Below are positions 26,846 through 38,988 of a stretch of 64,000 nucleotides of DNA, in pieces. Both the position numbers and the translations under genes were made by a program. Positions within the stretch are counted from its first letter, which is position 1; the number at the start of each line of letters is the position of its first letter. Under the pieces are notes generated by a model, which ran no database searches, was not told the origin of the DNA, and saw only the letters and a program-made list of their open reading frames with translations. The DNA comes from Lobosporangium transversale. Taxonomy: Eukaryota. Where the stretch lies: the NCBI RefSeq assembly GCF_002105155.1, contig NW_019028979.1:1612001-1676000 (forward strand), given 5' to 3'.

Positions 26846-28158
26846 ATGGATTCATTCTTTTAGTGCTTACATTTATATATACTTTCTCTTCATTTTTGAC
26901 ACTTCATTTCAACTCACTCATTCAGAGGCCGATTCACTCGCTCAACATTTTTTTTAATTAAAAAAGATTTCAATTGGATGAGGCAGGTACATATTTTTGT
27001 ATATACATTGTATTGAACAGATGTATCATAATTTCTTACCCTTCCCATTTATTTGTGTTTATTTATTCGGCCAAAATTCATAATAGATATTGTTATGCAG
27101 CATAAACATTGCCTTGCAATTGAATAAGAGAGTAATGTTTGAGTTTAATCTTGACACTCACTAACTGCAGTCAACGCTGCAATTGCTTCAGCTGGGTCTC
27201 ACAAAATGTAGTCGTGAAGATGTGTAAAAACGAGTAAAGGATTGAAAAGTTACTTGTTTTGGCCAGATGCACCCACCACTCGGGTCTTATTTTAATGCGC
27301 TCGGGACTGTTGAGAAGTGACAAAATCGTATATACTTTAACTTAATGTACATGTAGTTGGTATCAAGTACTCTGGGGTAAGAGACTGGAAAGAACATTCC
27401 ACTTTCAGGCGGAGATGCATTATCAGTACCGTTGTGTTGATATCGAACAAACTATCTGCTATTTTCATAAGCTTGCCTTATAGCAATGCTGATTATGCTG
27501 AAACTAGATACTATTTCATCCGTTCATAGCTCTTTAAACTCGATGAGATCCTTGATTGAACATCCAAGACAAGCCATCCAAGGCCCTTGACCCCAAGTTA
27601 TTGGAATATGCATAATATACAGGTAAACATCCCGAAGGTGAGGCTGATATATCCAAAATGGATTTATAAACTCGATAAAGACTCTGTCGAATATATTTTT
27701 GCTTCTTACTACTATTGTAGCTATTACTACTAACGCTAACAAGGGAGCGTTATCGACATCAACAATCTTAAAAATCAGTGGCATACCCAAGATTCCGCAG
27801 AAGATATGTTATTATAATACATCTTCTGCAAAGTCGTCTTTACTGGTCTCGCATTGGAAGTTAGAGCCAGAGCCAAGCTCACGGTATCCATGGCTTGGAG
27901 CAGGCAGGTATCGATAACCCGTAAGATATAAAAAAAAAAAGAAGACTAGCCAGAATCAAATTAAGAGACGCATGGAGATGTAAAAGTGAAGAGGTCGGAC
28001 ATGGTAGGTTGTAAAGTATTTTTGCTTGTACCTTGAGAGTGGTGACACAACCTACCTGGCCCTAAAAGGTTGAATGACTTGAGTTAGCATCCGGTCATAG
28101 TTACATCATTGGATTCTGGTGAAATGGTTGCCAGGGCAGCGTCAGCAATAGTAACAAT

Positions 28159-28292
28159 CAGTGCTCCTATTCGGATAAGGTAAGTTCGAATTCGATTCAT
28201 TTTCGAACAGATATCTAAATTCGAATCATTCGAACAATTCGAACTATTCACGTCATTCGAATTCGATTTGTTCGAATCGAATAGGAGCACTG
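28159..28292. mobile_element. hAT-like MITE #1 (134 bp)
   Basis: Perfect 15-bp TIRs CAGTGCTCCTATTCG / CGAATAGGAGCACTG. Perfect 8-bp TSD GTAACAAT (28151-28158, 28293-28300). The interior is packed with TTCGAA repeats. Confidence 0.92.
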
Positions 28293-28648
28293 GTAACAAT
28301 CCTCAATGCTTGAAATAACTGTTTTTCATTATCCATGACCAAAATGCTACGAAGAGCCACAGACACGACCCAGTTTATATCTTTCGCCCCAATACTCCAA
28401 TCTTGAACAATAGGCACCAAATTTCTCATGTTCATATCTGCTATATATGAGCTTGAGATTGAAAAGTGTAAGTTCTTCAGATGAAGACAATTTACCACCA
28501 AAAATGTTATTGTTGGCTGTCAAGCTTAACGAGCTTGGGCGCCTTAAAGTTTGGAAGGGCCGAAATATATCCTCGTAGAGCGGACTACTGAAGACCTAGA
28601 GACAGAATTTCAGACACTGAGTCTCAAACTCATAAATGTCATCTTCGG

Positions 28649-28768
28649 CGGAGGGTCAAGCTTGTCGCTCTTTTTGGTTAATCCTTTTCAATTATAAGAG
28701 TTTTGTTAAGTAAACCATTTATATTTGAAAAGGGGCTAACCAAAAAGAGCGACAAGCTTGACCCTCTG
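28649..28768. mobile_element. hAT-like MITE #2 (120 bp)
   Basis: 30-bp perfect inverted repeat GAGGGTCAAGCTTGTCGCTCTTTTTGGTTA / TAACCAAAAAGAGCGACAAGCTTGACCCTC with termini CG..TG (CAG..CTG type, one mismatch). Perfect 8-bp TSD ATCTTCGG (28641-28648, 28769-28776). Confidence 0.92.
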
Positions 28769-29813
28769 ATCTTCGGTATCTGGACTTGTGTTTGTCCTCA
28801 AATGTGAGAACGATTTGAGACGTTTTGCGGGAAGTAGAGCTCTAGCACATTGAGTCACATCTATAAAGATACGTTAAGGTGAATTCCTGGAGATGTTGTC
28901 CTTTCCATCTTCAGGATGGTCAAGGTCTGAAGACGAATTAGCAACGACAAGTTGTGCGATAAATATGTGTCTTCAGTAACGATTAGACACCTTACTTTCG
29001 CATATTTTGAAGGAATATCTAAACCAAGTTCCTCTTCGCCATTCCCCTCTTGAATTGGATCGATCTTGGTGTCCCAGAATCATTAAATCGCAGAGTGATT
29101 TCACATCATTTTGATCAATTTTATCAGAGCCTTTGTCACTCCAAATGGACACACTTTTGATTTAGAGGCCCACTAGTAGTATACAATTGCTGACAGACAG
29201 GTTGCATATTGGACAGATGGTGGGAAGGTAGGCATGAAGGCACTGACATAGAAGTCTCTGGAAGAAACAGAGCAAGTGACAATGGTAATGCATGGGATTG
29301 AGGGCTTTTTTTATTGTGCCTTCCGAAGACAAAGTAAGGAAAAAAAGTGAGTATGAATAATCCTCGAGCGTTCTCTCTCTAATGTTTCCTGGAGATGACG
29401 AATGAAATCAAGACCTGATCACTTTGTCGTGCAAACTCATTGTTTAAATTGAGACGGAATGAAAGATTGTGTAAATGTGATCAGGACTTGCGAACACTCC
29501 TGCCAAGTGTGAATGTCCTATTTCGCGCTTCTGACATTGGTTCGACGCGCAGTGCGCCGCGCGGCCAAGCTGCGATAAATGCACCATTTCAGGCAAACAT
29601 CGACAACATCCGAACTCTGCTACACGGCGTATCGCTTATTGTTTGTTTGCCAAGTCTTGGCAAAAAGTGATCTCTGAACTTTTTTTGTACAACCGTTCGT
29701 GCCTCCAAAGAATATATAAAAGTAGGAGAGTTGGAGAGTTTCATTTCGCAACTCCTATTTCAACATTTTAGCATTTCAGCATCATCGTCACACTTAGAAA
29801 AGGACCCTTGAAT

Positions 29814-31471
29814 ATGACTGCATGCAACAACAGCCATTCTTCCTCTCGGCACCAGCCAGTCTGCTGTGTATATACTGGCACTGAGAATCAGCCTTTGCTT
29901 GGATATCATCCTCATCAATACCAACAGCAACAACAGCAACACCGACATCAAGGGGAGTATCATCTCAATATCAGCGACGAAAAGAACTACGCTTCTCTCG
30001 AGGCTGAATATCCTCAATCCACATCGCAGTGTAAGTTTATGTCATTCTCTATTGTCAAAAGAATGATATGAATGAAAAGTAGTTTTGTCAGCTTTAATTT
30101 ATTGACAAATCAAGTCTTACTTTCCACTACCCATTTTAAATAGGCGAGAGAGCATCCAGGCGTAAAAAGTTTCGGAGACACCTTCTTCTCCTCTTGGTCC
30201 TCGGTTTTGTCTACTTCACTTTCTTCCACTCGTGTAGAAACAATTATTTTCATCAGCATCAAGACCCTGATACCTTTGGCAGAGGAAGCAACACCGATAA
30301 CAATAGTGATAGATCCAATATTGCCTACCCTGACAGTTGTTTGAAGCATGCTGACACTTGGGAAAAGCCTTGGGTGTTCGATATAGATGCAGCCAACTTT
30401 CAACTGAAATTCGGGCAAGGTTCTATGGGTTCGCGTGTACAAGTATACACGGGAGCAGTTCAGAAGCCTACATTTGAGCTCTACGCCAAAGCGTCTCTCA
30501 GCGAAGATGAGGATGGAGACGAAGGCGATAAACGTCATAGAAACAGTGGTAATGACGACAATAGCAATAGAGGTGATGCTATTGAAGTTGTTCGCCACGG
30601 TGTTCACCTCGAATTTAAGCAATCATTGGAGCTGTCTGAAGCGCTGATTTGGTTTGAAGATCATTATGTCGAGCATGGCGGATACAAATACCGAGCTTGT
30701 GCCCAAGTGGACATCAACATCATTGTTCCGGAATCGTACAAGCGCTATGGCAGCATCTCAGTCGAGGGTGCTGTGACTTCGATCAATGCTCATGACTTGG
30801 ATAACATTAAATTCGACAAACTGAACCTAGTTACAGCTACTGGCAATGTCATTACCAAGGACAATATTCATGCTGATCAATTTTCGACCCATGTTAGCGC
30901 TGGAAATGCCGAGATTGAGTCAGTGCAGACCGCGAGCGATGATGGTCGGGAGCCATTGGATGTCAAAGTCGTCGTTAATACTGGACATGTTGTTGTCGGA
31001 GTGGAGACTAATCCTGTGGGCAAGAATGAGTCCCGCCCACATAGGATCTTGGTCCAGGCAAGTACAGGGTCTGTCAAGCTCGATGTGGCGCCCGCAAAGG
31101 CGAAATCCTCGGGCTCCATGGCTCAGAAGCCAGGCCATTTACAAATCGACACTTCTACCAACACAGGTACAGTTCGAAACCTGATTCAACTTGCGAGTGA
31201 GGACCAGACCTTGAATTTGAGCTCGTCTAGTAGGACTGGGACTGTGGACGCAACCGTGTCTGACTCGTTCTTGGGGCGCTTTGATCTCTCAACAATGGTT
31301 GGAAACAGTAAAGTGGTCCCCGCCTTGGGTTCAGAGAGCTCGATTTCATATGAGAAGCAGACACCCCACAGTAAGATTGGATTCAAGACATTGAGCGACA
31401 ACAAGGCTTATGAATCTGAAATCAAACTTCGCACCATAACTGGACGCACTTTCCTTGAGTTCATTAAGTAA
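29814..31471 (+). CDS. Type II membrane protein with DUF4097/putative-adhesin beta-solenoid domain, 2 exons
   Basis: Exon 29814-30030 and exon 30144-31471 (intron GTAAGT..TAG) give RRKKFRRHLLLLLVLGFVYFTFF (TM segment), followed by repeated TATGNV/SAGNA/NTGHV/STGSV/NTGTV/RTGTV strands. Confidence 0.75.
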
Positions 31472-32345
31472 TAGCATAAAATAACATAAAATAATAATAA
31501 AGGAAAAAACAATGGATAGTCTTTTGTTACTCCATTTCCTACACTGTCGAGGGTATTGTATGTATAGGCTTGAAACTAGTGCAATGATTGCTCATCAGAG
31601 TCATGCGCTAAGAAGCTGGTAGGTAGAAATTTCTCACTTGCTGTCAGCGAGCTTTCACGAATCATCCCCAATTGCAAGAACCATGACTACACCTACTCTA
31701 AATAAGATAAAAAATAGGCGCCTCATTTTCTATTAGATAATTATACTACACATTACATTTCGAATTCAATTATTAAAAGTATTAAAAGAGAGAGCAGAAT
31801 ACGATTTGTTGCATTTGCATCGCATCTGTTAACAAAGGGAGAAGGCCGCTTGTTTCGAATATAGTTCATGTACTTTATTCAGGGGAAAATGAGAGCCAAG
31901 GGCACCCTACAGAAAAAAACTTTAAAAGTAAGATCGACCACTAAAAGCGGGACTAGACTATTTCACATCAGTTGTCGACTTTTATCTTCAAAAAGATTTG
32001 CATTCACTAAAAAAACATGTGCATCGCCGCATGGACGCCTGCACTTACCTTCTCAGTGCAGATTTTTTTTGCTTCTAGACCCTCGCCCTCTCTTATTTTT
32101 TTTTTTTCTTTTTTTCTTTTCTCCTCATTCCTTTTTCTTCCCCTCTCTTTCCTCACACAAACACTCTACACACTTGTACACCCCTTTGTTATTATAATTG
32201 ACAATCATATCAACGACAGCACACTTCACTAGATTGTGCATGAACTATTCATTATCAACCCGGTTCTTTTAACTACTATATTTGTTTCCTTTTGGAACCA
32301 TCGCTTCTCTCATCCTATTGATCTCGCGGCCCCCGTCTCTTTTCA

Positions 32346-35300
32346 ATGGGCGTTGATTTTTGGTTCTCGGATTATACCGCAAACAAAACAAAGACCAATG
32401 TCTATATCCAGCAGGTTGGAGGACAGCCAGTGCAGAACAGTCAGTTTATACCCGTACAACATGTGTTGGCGCCAGGACCGCAGGTAATGCACCATGTTCA
32501 GCATGTACAGCATGTTCAGCATGTTCAGCATGTTCAACAGGTGCATCATATTCAACAACAACCTCCAACCATTGTCCAAGTGCCCATGTATCAACAACCG
32601 CAGCAACAGCACACTATGGTCGTTCATGGTCAACCTGGTCCACAGGTGCATTATCAGCAACAGCGACCCATTCAGCAGGTTCCATATCAATCAGCGGCAG
32701 CAACCCCTCTTGTACAGTACCAACAACCAGCATCCGTTGCAAACACACCACAGGTTCAATATCAACAACCAGTCACTGTAGCATCTACGCCTCAAATTCA
32801 CCAATATCCGTCAGCCGGATCTGTTGTAAGTACCCCGCAGGTTCAGCATCAGTATTTACCATCTGGATCTATTGCAAATACCCCACAGATTCAGCACCAG
32901 TATCCGCCACCTGGCACTGTTGCAAGTACCCCACAGATTCAACACCAGTACCCGCCGCCTGGGCCTTTTGCAAACACTCCGCAAATCCAACACCAGTATC
33001 CACAAGCCATGCCTATTCCAAGCACTCCGCAGACCTCACATCAGTACCCACCTGTCCCCTCAACACCCCACATGGATGCGCATCCATCCCCTCTTCCTGC
33101 CTATAGTTCTCCGGCAGTCAGTCATGGATTATTGACACAGCCCTTTTTCCATGAAAAGTACCCAACAGCCCCCTTCCCAATATCAGACATCAAGCACAAC
33201 CCTTATGATGCTAAAAAACCTATATCTTATCCACCCGTCGCAACAGAGCCTATCAAGGCTGCAGGGATCCCTTCTCCAGAATCGATCAAGATGTCCACTC
33301 CAAAGTTATCTAATACTGTAGATGATAAAAAACCAGTGGTCCAGCAGGCTCAAGATCCAGTAGTGACCATTGCAGCGGCGACTCTGCCATCAGGTCCTCG
33401 TAATCCACAAATGGGATCAACTATAAGAAACCCACAGACATTCGAAGACAGCTTCGCAAATATGCGGGTATCCACCACAACCGCCACCACTGCTACTACT
33501 ACTATGCCTTTGTCTTCAAAGCGAGACTCGCGAGTGCCGCAGGCCCACTTTCCGACGCCTGATAATCATGACAACAGAAGCACTAACGTCTCTACACCTT
33601 CAAGCGTCGCATCACCAGCACCGCCCACACCCGCACCGATGCAGATGCCTGCTCAGTCTACGAGGACATCTCGTCCAACATCAACTTACCATCCTCCGGC
33701 CCATACTCACTCTTTCTCATCTTCCAGCACAGCTCCAACGACCCCGGCACAATCGACAGCATCCTATTCTCATCCAGATTCGACGTCTTCATCGACAAAC
33801 CATCGCCCACCTCAGCCGACGCAAAGCTTTTCGACTCCCAACATGCTCGGCGCATCCCAGCAGCAGGCTTATCAACCAGCTCCTTACAAGCCCGCATCAT
33901 CATCCACACTCGTATCATCCACAACAGCAACAGGCGGTGCTGGGGGTAATGCGCAGTCGTCGGGCTCAACAATAACAGTCGAAGAACATCGTGCTCAACA
34001 ACAGTTAGTTCAAAAACAACTACAACATGCCAAGATGATTAAGACCATGCTGGACAGCTACGAAAATCATTCGGAAACGAGTGCGCAAACACTTCCGGTA
34101 AATCTTTTTTTGTATTAACTAAAAAATTGACCACTTTTGTACATGCTCCTACACCAATAGTAATATTCACAACGTTTTCCCTCGTTATGTGCGTATGTGT
34201 CTACAGAAAAACTCGACGGTTTCAACCAGGATCTTCTCAGATTCTAAGGATGATGTTCCTCGACTGTTCTTGATCGCACCAACTTTTGAAGAGCCGCTCG
34301 TAAGAGGACCATACAAGCCTATCCGTATCCTATTGCCCTGCCAGGGACCAGCGACCATGACTGGAGATGAAAACTCGTTCCATATGACATCGCATAACGG
34401 CTACGTGATCAAGAACCCGAATGACTTCTTGCACAATAATAAGGATGCGGTTAAGATGTTTGGGACAATGTTGACATACTTCACCCGCGCAGCCGCCATT
34501 GCTCAGGGAATCGTGCCAGGCGCTATTGGACCCGGTGACCTAGGCGCAACATTGACAGCAGCCACAGCGGCATCAATGGCTCAAAACATAGAAAACAGAG
34601 GCCGTCTTAATGCTATAGGAGCTGACACAGAAAGTGTATACGAGAAACACATTGCAACTGAGAACCATCAGCGCGAGGCTTTGAAAGTCTTGCTTCGAGC
34701 TGCAGCTGCAGCAGATCCAACACAGAGTATGACAGGAGAGTTGAATGGCGTTGTGCTGAGGGGCGGAACGACCATTTGGGTCTGCAAGGAATGCTATGAT
34801 ATGATGTTGAAGGGTCAACCCATTACGGGTGAATATCATGTCACGATGAGTGACTATGAGACATTGACAAAGAGACATATTTCTGCCAATGTGTTGCTCA
34901 GGAGCTCAGCTTCATTGATCATTTTCACCAATGCGCTTCGAAGCCATCCTCGACTACAGAATTTGGTCATCCGTATCGCGCCTGAATACTTTGAAGCGCC
35001 CTCGCGTTCTCATCAGGCAGCTCTTCGTTCTACCCAGTCACTGTTTGACGATCTCGCACAGGCTATTCCGCGTCATTCACTCAAATCACTTGAGCTCCAT
35101 GGAAAGTCTAGGACTGGGCAGATATATGTCTATCTACAGAGCGTGCTCAGATGCTCATCTCTGGATCAGCTGGCGATCGTGGGCATGCCCTTATTTTTAC
35201 GAGGCTCACTTCCTAAGGATAGCTGTAGGATGCTTACGACCTTGACCCTGGATGGCGTGATGGCGGATACGGAAGAGACAGCTAGCAACTTGAAACATTT

Positions 35301-35682
35301 GATCATGAGCAACTCAGGGCTAATTTATTTGAAGTTGAATCGAATGAATTTCACACCTGTAGCACTGGATACATTGTTTTCAGAAAGAAACAAAGAGAAC
35401 CAGAAGCTGTTTAAGAACCTGGTCAAGTTGAGTCTGGCAGACAATAATTTGGATGTCGTGGCGGCAACAACGTTTGTGACGATGGCATTTAAGGGTTTAA
35501 ATTTGACCCATTTGGACATTTCAGACAATCCAAGGATTGGCAATCCAGGTTGTCGAGCGATCCTGACATTATTAAGACAGAAGGAGAGGAGACTCCGGGA
35601 GCTGAATACAGATCGAACAGGCATTGAATGTGGAACAAAGGAAGAGATCCAAAGATGCCTTGTACCATCTAGTCAGCGATAG
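32346..35682 (+). CDS. Protein of about 1075 aa: Q/H/P-rich low-complexity N-terminus + COR-C-terminal-like domain + RNI-like LRRs, 2 exons
   Basis: Exon 32346-34097 and exon 34207-35682 join in phase 0 (GTAAAT..CTACAG). Domain motifs PRLFLIAP..IRILLPCQG..HMTSHNGYVIKNPNDF..TGELNGVV..IWVCKECY are followed by LRRs (LVKLSLADNNL, LTHLDISDNPRIG). Confidence 0.8.
32493..32537 (+). repeat. 9-bp coding tandem repeat, (HVQ)x5
   Basis: CATGTTCAG CATGTACAG CATGTTCAG CATGTTCAG CATGTTCAA. Confidence 0.9.
32700..33070 (+). repeat. Coding tandem repeats of 14-16 aa, (S/N)TPQ(I/V)QHQYP...
   Basis: NTPQVQYQQPVTVA, STPQVQHQYLPSGSIA, NTPQIQHQYPPPGTVA, STPQIQHQYPPPGPFA, NTPQIQHQYPQAMPIP, STPQTSHQYPPVP. Confidence 0.9.
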
Positions 35683-36555
35683 AGTGGGAAATTCATTTAT
35701 TTTTTGTCCAATTTCCTTCCCCTGCGCTAAAACTTTGGAAGCAGCGATGTCATCACCTTTTTAAATTGTATTGTAAAATATATTGAGGTGAAGATTGCTA
35801 CTAGAAAGAATATTTCTTTTTTACTTCCTTTGTTTGTAAAAAAATAAAATAAAGATTTCCAAAATAAATGCATTTTATGACCTTCTAGACCTCGATGATA
35901 ACCTTTGATACAGGAAATAGCCAGAATTAATGGCGACTCCCTCAGCCCTTGGTATATGGTGCAGCTAGGCCTCAATCCTTGCTATATGTACATGATATGA
36001 TTGATGGAGACTTAGTCGTAACATGGCTATTAAGAAATTGAGATATGGTGTCTACCCTGCGAAGTATTTTTTTTTTTTTTTTTTTTTTAGTGGCAGTGTC
36101 GAAATATGACATTATATAATGGATAGGTTCTTTCTAAATTGTGCAGGAGCCCAATCTGTCTATGTGTTCCAAAAAAAAAAAAAAAAAAAAAAAAAAAACT
36201 AAATTCGACCAAAGGACATTATTGTGTACTTATATTGCTTGTAAGGACTATATCTGGGATGAGTTCCTGTCACTATTATAGTAGGCGATCAAGCTTAAAG
36301 CTGAGTCCATTTAGCTGGCGCGGCCCATCAGGCCTTTTGTGCGGCCAAAGAGCCACACGAACATGCTCTACAAGCTCTTCACTAATTGCCAATCTTGAAG
36401 TGGCTTTCAGTAAGGGGGATGTTGTTCTTTCGAACAAATCTATAGAACAATGGACATAATCTCAAGTGATTGTAGCGGCAAGGCTATTTACAGCTGACAA
36501 TACCCCGTGCAACTAAATTCGTTTGCAATGGATTTATATTGACTAATATCCGAAA

Positions 36556-36975
36556 TTGGCATTGCAGAACAGTCATGAAGCCTTTCCGCTCCACAAATGC
36601 ACCCTTGGTAACATGACTGAGGATCCAAAGATCTGTTCGTATTCAACTAAAAACCATAAAAGGCGGTAATCGTCGCGCTCAAGCACGGATTCTGACTTTG
36701 AAGCATTCAGCCATAACCCAACGGACGGCAGCTTTGGACCATTGCCTGCTCAGGCAGATCCAGGTACCAACTGTCCGAATGAATCGTACTGAGTCCAATT
36801 ACTATTGCAACATTTCATCAGTAGGGTAAAACTAACCTGTCTCACGATGGTCTATACGCGGCTCACACCCCTTATTAGTGGATGAGCAGCCAACGCTGCT
36901 TCAGTATGGGGAAGGCCGATATCAAAGGATCGAAAAGCAATGCCGCTATGAGCGCTTTGCTGCCACAAGCCAGTT
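36556..36975 (-). pseudogene. Degenerate fragment of the nuclear LSU (25S/28S) rRNA 3' region
   Basis: The plus strand carries reverse complements of conserved LSU blocks: GGATTCTGACTT..GCATTCAGCCATAA, TCATCAGTAGGGTAAAACTAACCTGTCTCACGA.GGTCTA, GCCGATATC..GGATCGAAAAGCAATG.CGCTATGA and TGCCACAAGCCAGTT. Many substitutions and deletions are present; the left boundary is approximate. Confidence 0.9.
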
Positions 36976-37848
36976 TTTACACCCGCGTTAAATTTTATGG
37001 CAATTTTTACCCCAATAGGGTTTGTGGCCACAAAAGAAAAAGAACTAGCGCGTTATAGGATTAAACTTTAATCTTTTTAAGCAGGCAAATGGCTTTTTTT
37101 GACATGAAAGCTATGCGTGACCTAGAAAAAAGATAAATTAGGAAACAGAAACGAACATTTTTACAGCGAAATAAAAGTGTCAACGAAGTTTTACTATAAA
37201 CATATATATATAAATATATATGTATACTATTTTTTTTTTCGAGGCTTTGTCCCCTCTTCCGTTGCATCTTTTCCTCCCGTACACATCATTTTAGCTTCCG
37301 TTGCTTCCATATTTTCGGTTCTTGGGCAGTTCATTTTTTTTTTTTGGGAAATTAAGTATACATGTACTGTGAAGTTGTGCGTTCTGGGCAATTCCTTGCA
37401 ATTCAGACACTCAATTGGGTCTCGGCCCCATCTCCCGTTGTTCCATTCTCTTTTGTGCCAACTTGTCAGGCAGGGGTTGTCGGCAGCGACTATACAAACA
37501 AACAAAATGTGTCACAATCTTCTCGTCTTCCCCTGACCTTTTTTTTTTTTTTTGTTGATTGTTTGTGTCAACCCAATTGCATCTTCCAAGATGGAGAGTG
37601 CATGCATGCATCTAGGCATGTATTTACATGGCGAAGCTGTTATTATTTTTCTCTTTTTGTCCAATCAATCCCAAACAAAGTGGAGAGTGGCCCAAATGAT
37701 TTTTTTTTTTTTTTTTTTTATAAAATCGTATATCGTCTCCTCTTTTTTTCTGTTCTCACATCAAAAAAAACTCTCGATCCACTTGACCTACAGTTCATCC
37801 ACAACCTTTCACCTTTTTTGATCTTCAGAAGTAAAAAAACAGTACAAA

Positions 37849-38328
37849 ATGAGTTGGAACCACTTTGTTACTACTCACCAACATGGTGATACACGTACGA
37901 CCATCATCTGGGGCCAAGCTCCGCCGCAATTTATTCCTTATCCGATGCCACAGCCTGTGCCAGTGTCAAGGCCACTATCCATGCATCTTACTTACCCGGG
38001 CTATACATACCCACCAGCGCCTATGAGTTGGCCACTGGGACCAGCACCGTCACAACCCCCGCCTTATTCAATGGCAGTGGCATCATTTCCCTTCGCATGG
38101 CCATACCTACTTCACCCATCACAACCTCCTCCTCCTCATTTTATGCCATGTCCACATCATCACGATAAGTGTCATCACCGCTTTACTACTGCCGTAAATT
38201 CAAAACCTGATACAATAAGCAAGCTCAAAAAGCTGCCTGGCAATATGATGGAGCTATTTTCACCTTCTATCATCGGCTATTGTGCAGACTTTGTGGTCTC
38301 GGGCCTCGCGTCAGGTGGTTTTTTTTGA
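37849..38328 (+). CDS. Small P/Y/H-rich hypothetical protein, 159 aa
   Basis: Clean ATG in good context (CAAAATG), with a GC-richer coding-like composition set in AT-rich flanks. N-terminal HFVTTHQHGDTRTT resembles HFITQHSSGQSQTT of the next gene. Confidence 0.6.
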   Translation: MSWNHFVTTHQHGDTRTTIIWGQAPPQFIPYPMPQPVPVSRPLSMHLTYPGYTYPPAPMSWPLGPAPSQPPPYSMAVASFPFAWPYLLHPSQPPPPHFMPCPHHHDKCHHRFTTAVNSKPDTISKLKKLPGNMMELFSPSIIGYCADFVVSGLASGGFF

Positions 38329-38988
38329 GATTTTTATATATTTGGCCCATTCTTTGGGTTGTCTTCTTCCTGAAAGGTGCTTTTATAGGATCCTCCTTGT
38401 CGAGCAGATACAAAAAAATGTATTGATGTATTTTATTTTTATTTATTATTTTTTTCTGACTCCTGAGATTCACTCAATCAAAAAAAAAAAAAAAAAAAAA
38501 AAAACAGATTAGCCATTGAATAATTGAATAATACAGCTCCAGACTAATGGAGCATAAATCCAAACATGTTTATATCTTTCCAACCTGTGTTGCTGGCCAA
38601 ATATTTCACGTAACGTTTCCGATGTTAGTCAATGCAAACTGAATAATTCACACGTCCAAGAAGCCTAAGAAATAAAAAACTATGATGGTGTAATGGACAG
38701 CGCATAAAAAATATCTCTCGGATGTCCTTTCTGAATACTTTGTTGGACAATATCCGTATGTACCTCTGACATTGCTTTTTGTGCATGTTCTGGTTCATTC
38801 ATGTCAGTTGGACTGGCGAAGCAAAAAAATAAAAAATCTGAGCACGAAATGGATAGGAACATGATTTTAATGTACATTGGGAAGGGCCCCTTCTCCTTTC
38901 TATGACCGATGAAAAGAGAGTAAGGAAATATTTTACACAAACACTTTTTTTTTTTCGATTACATTCTTCTTTTGTTAAATTATTTCAC

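Larger units (their letters stand above)
27480..29100 (-). pseudogene. Possible highly decayed coding remnant (F-box/LRR-like?) hosting two MITEs
   Basis: Short minus-strand fragments such as GQGPWMACLG resemble the PW-C motif of this family. There is no continuous frame. Confidence 0.25.

Noticed and set aside
28185..28282. TTCGAA array as a heat-shock element
   Set aside because: Spacing does not fit contiguous nGAAnnTTCn units, and the array lies wholly within a MITE.
32395..32430. YIQQVGG as a canonical RHIM/PP motif
   Set aside because: It does not match the (I/V)Q(I/V/L)G or G-x-Q-x-G core exactly, so it is only noted as part of a possible new motif.
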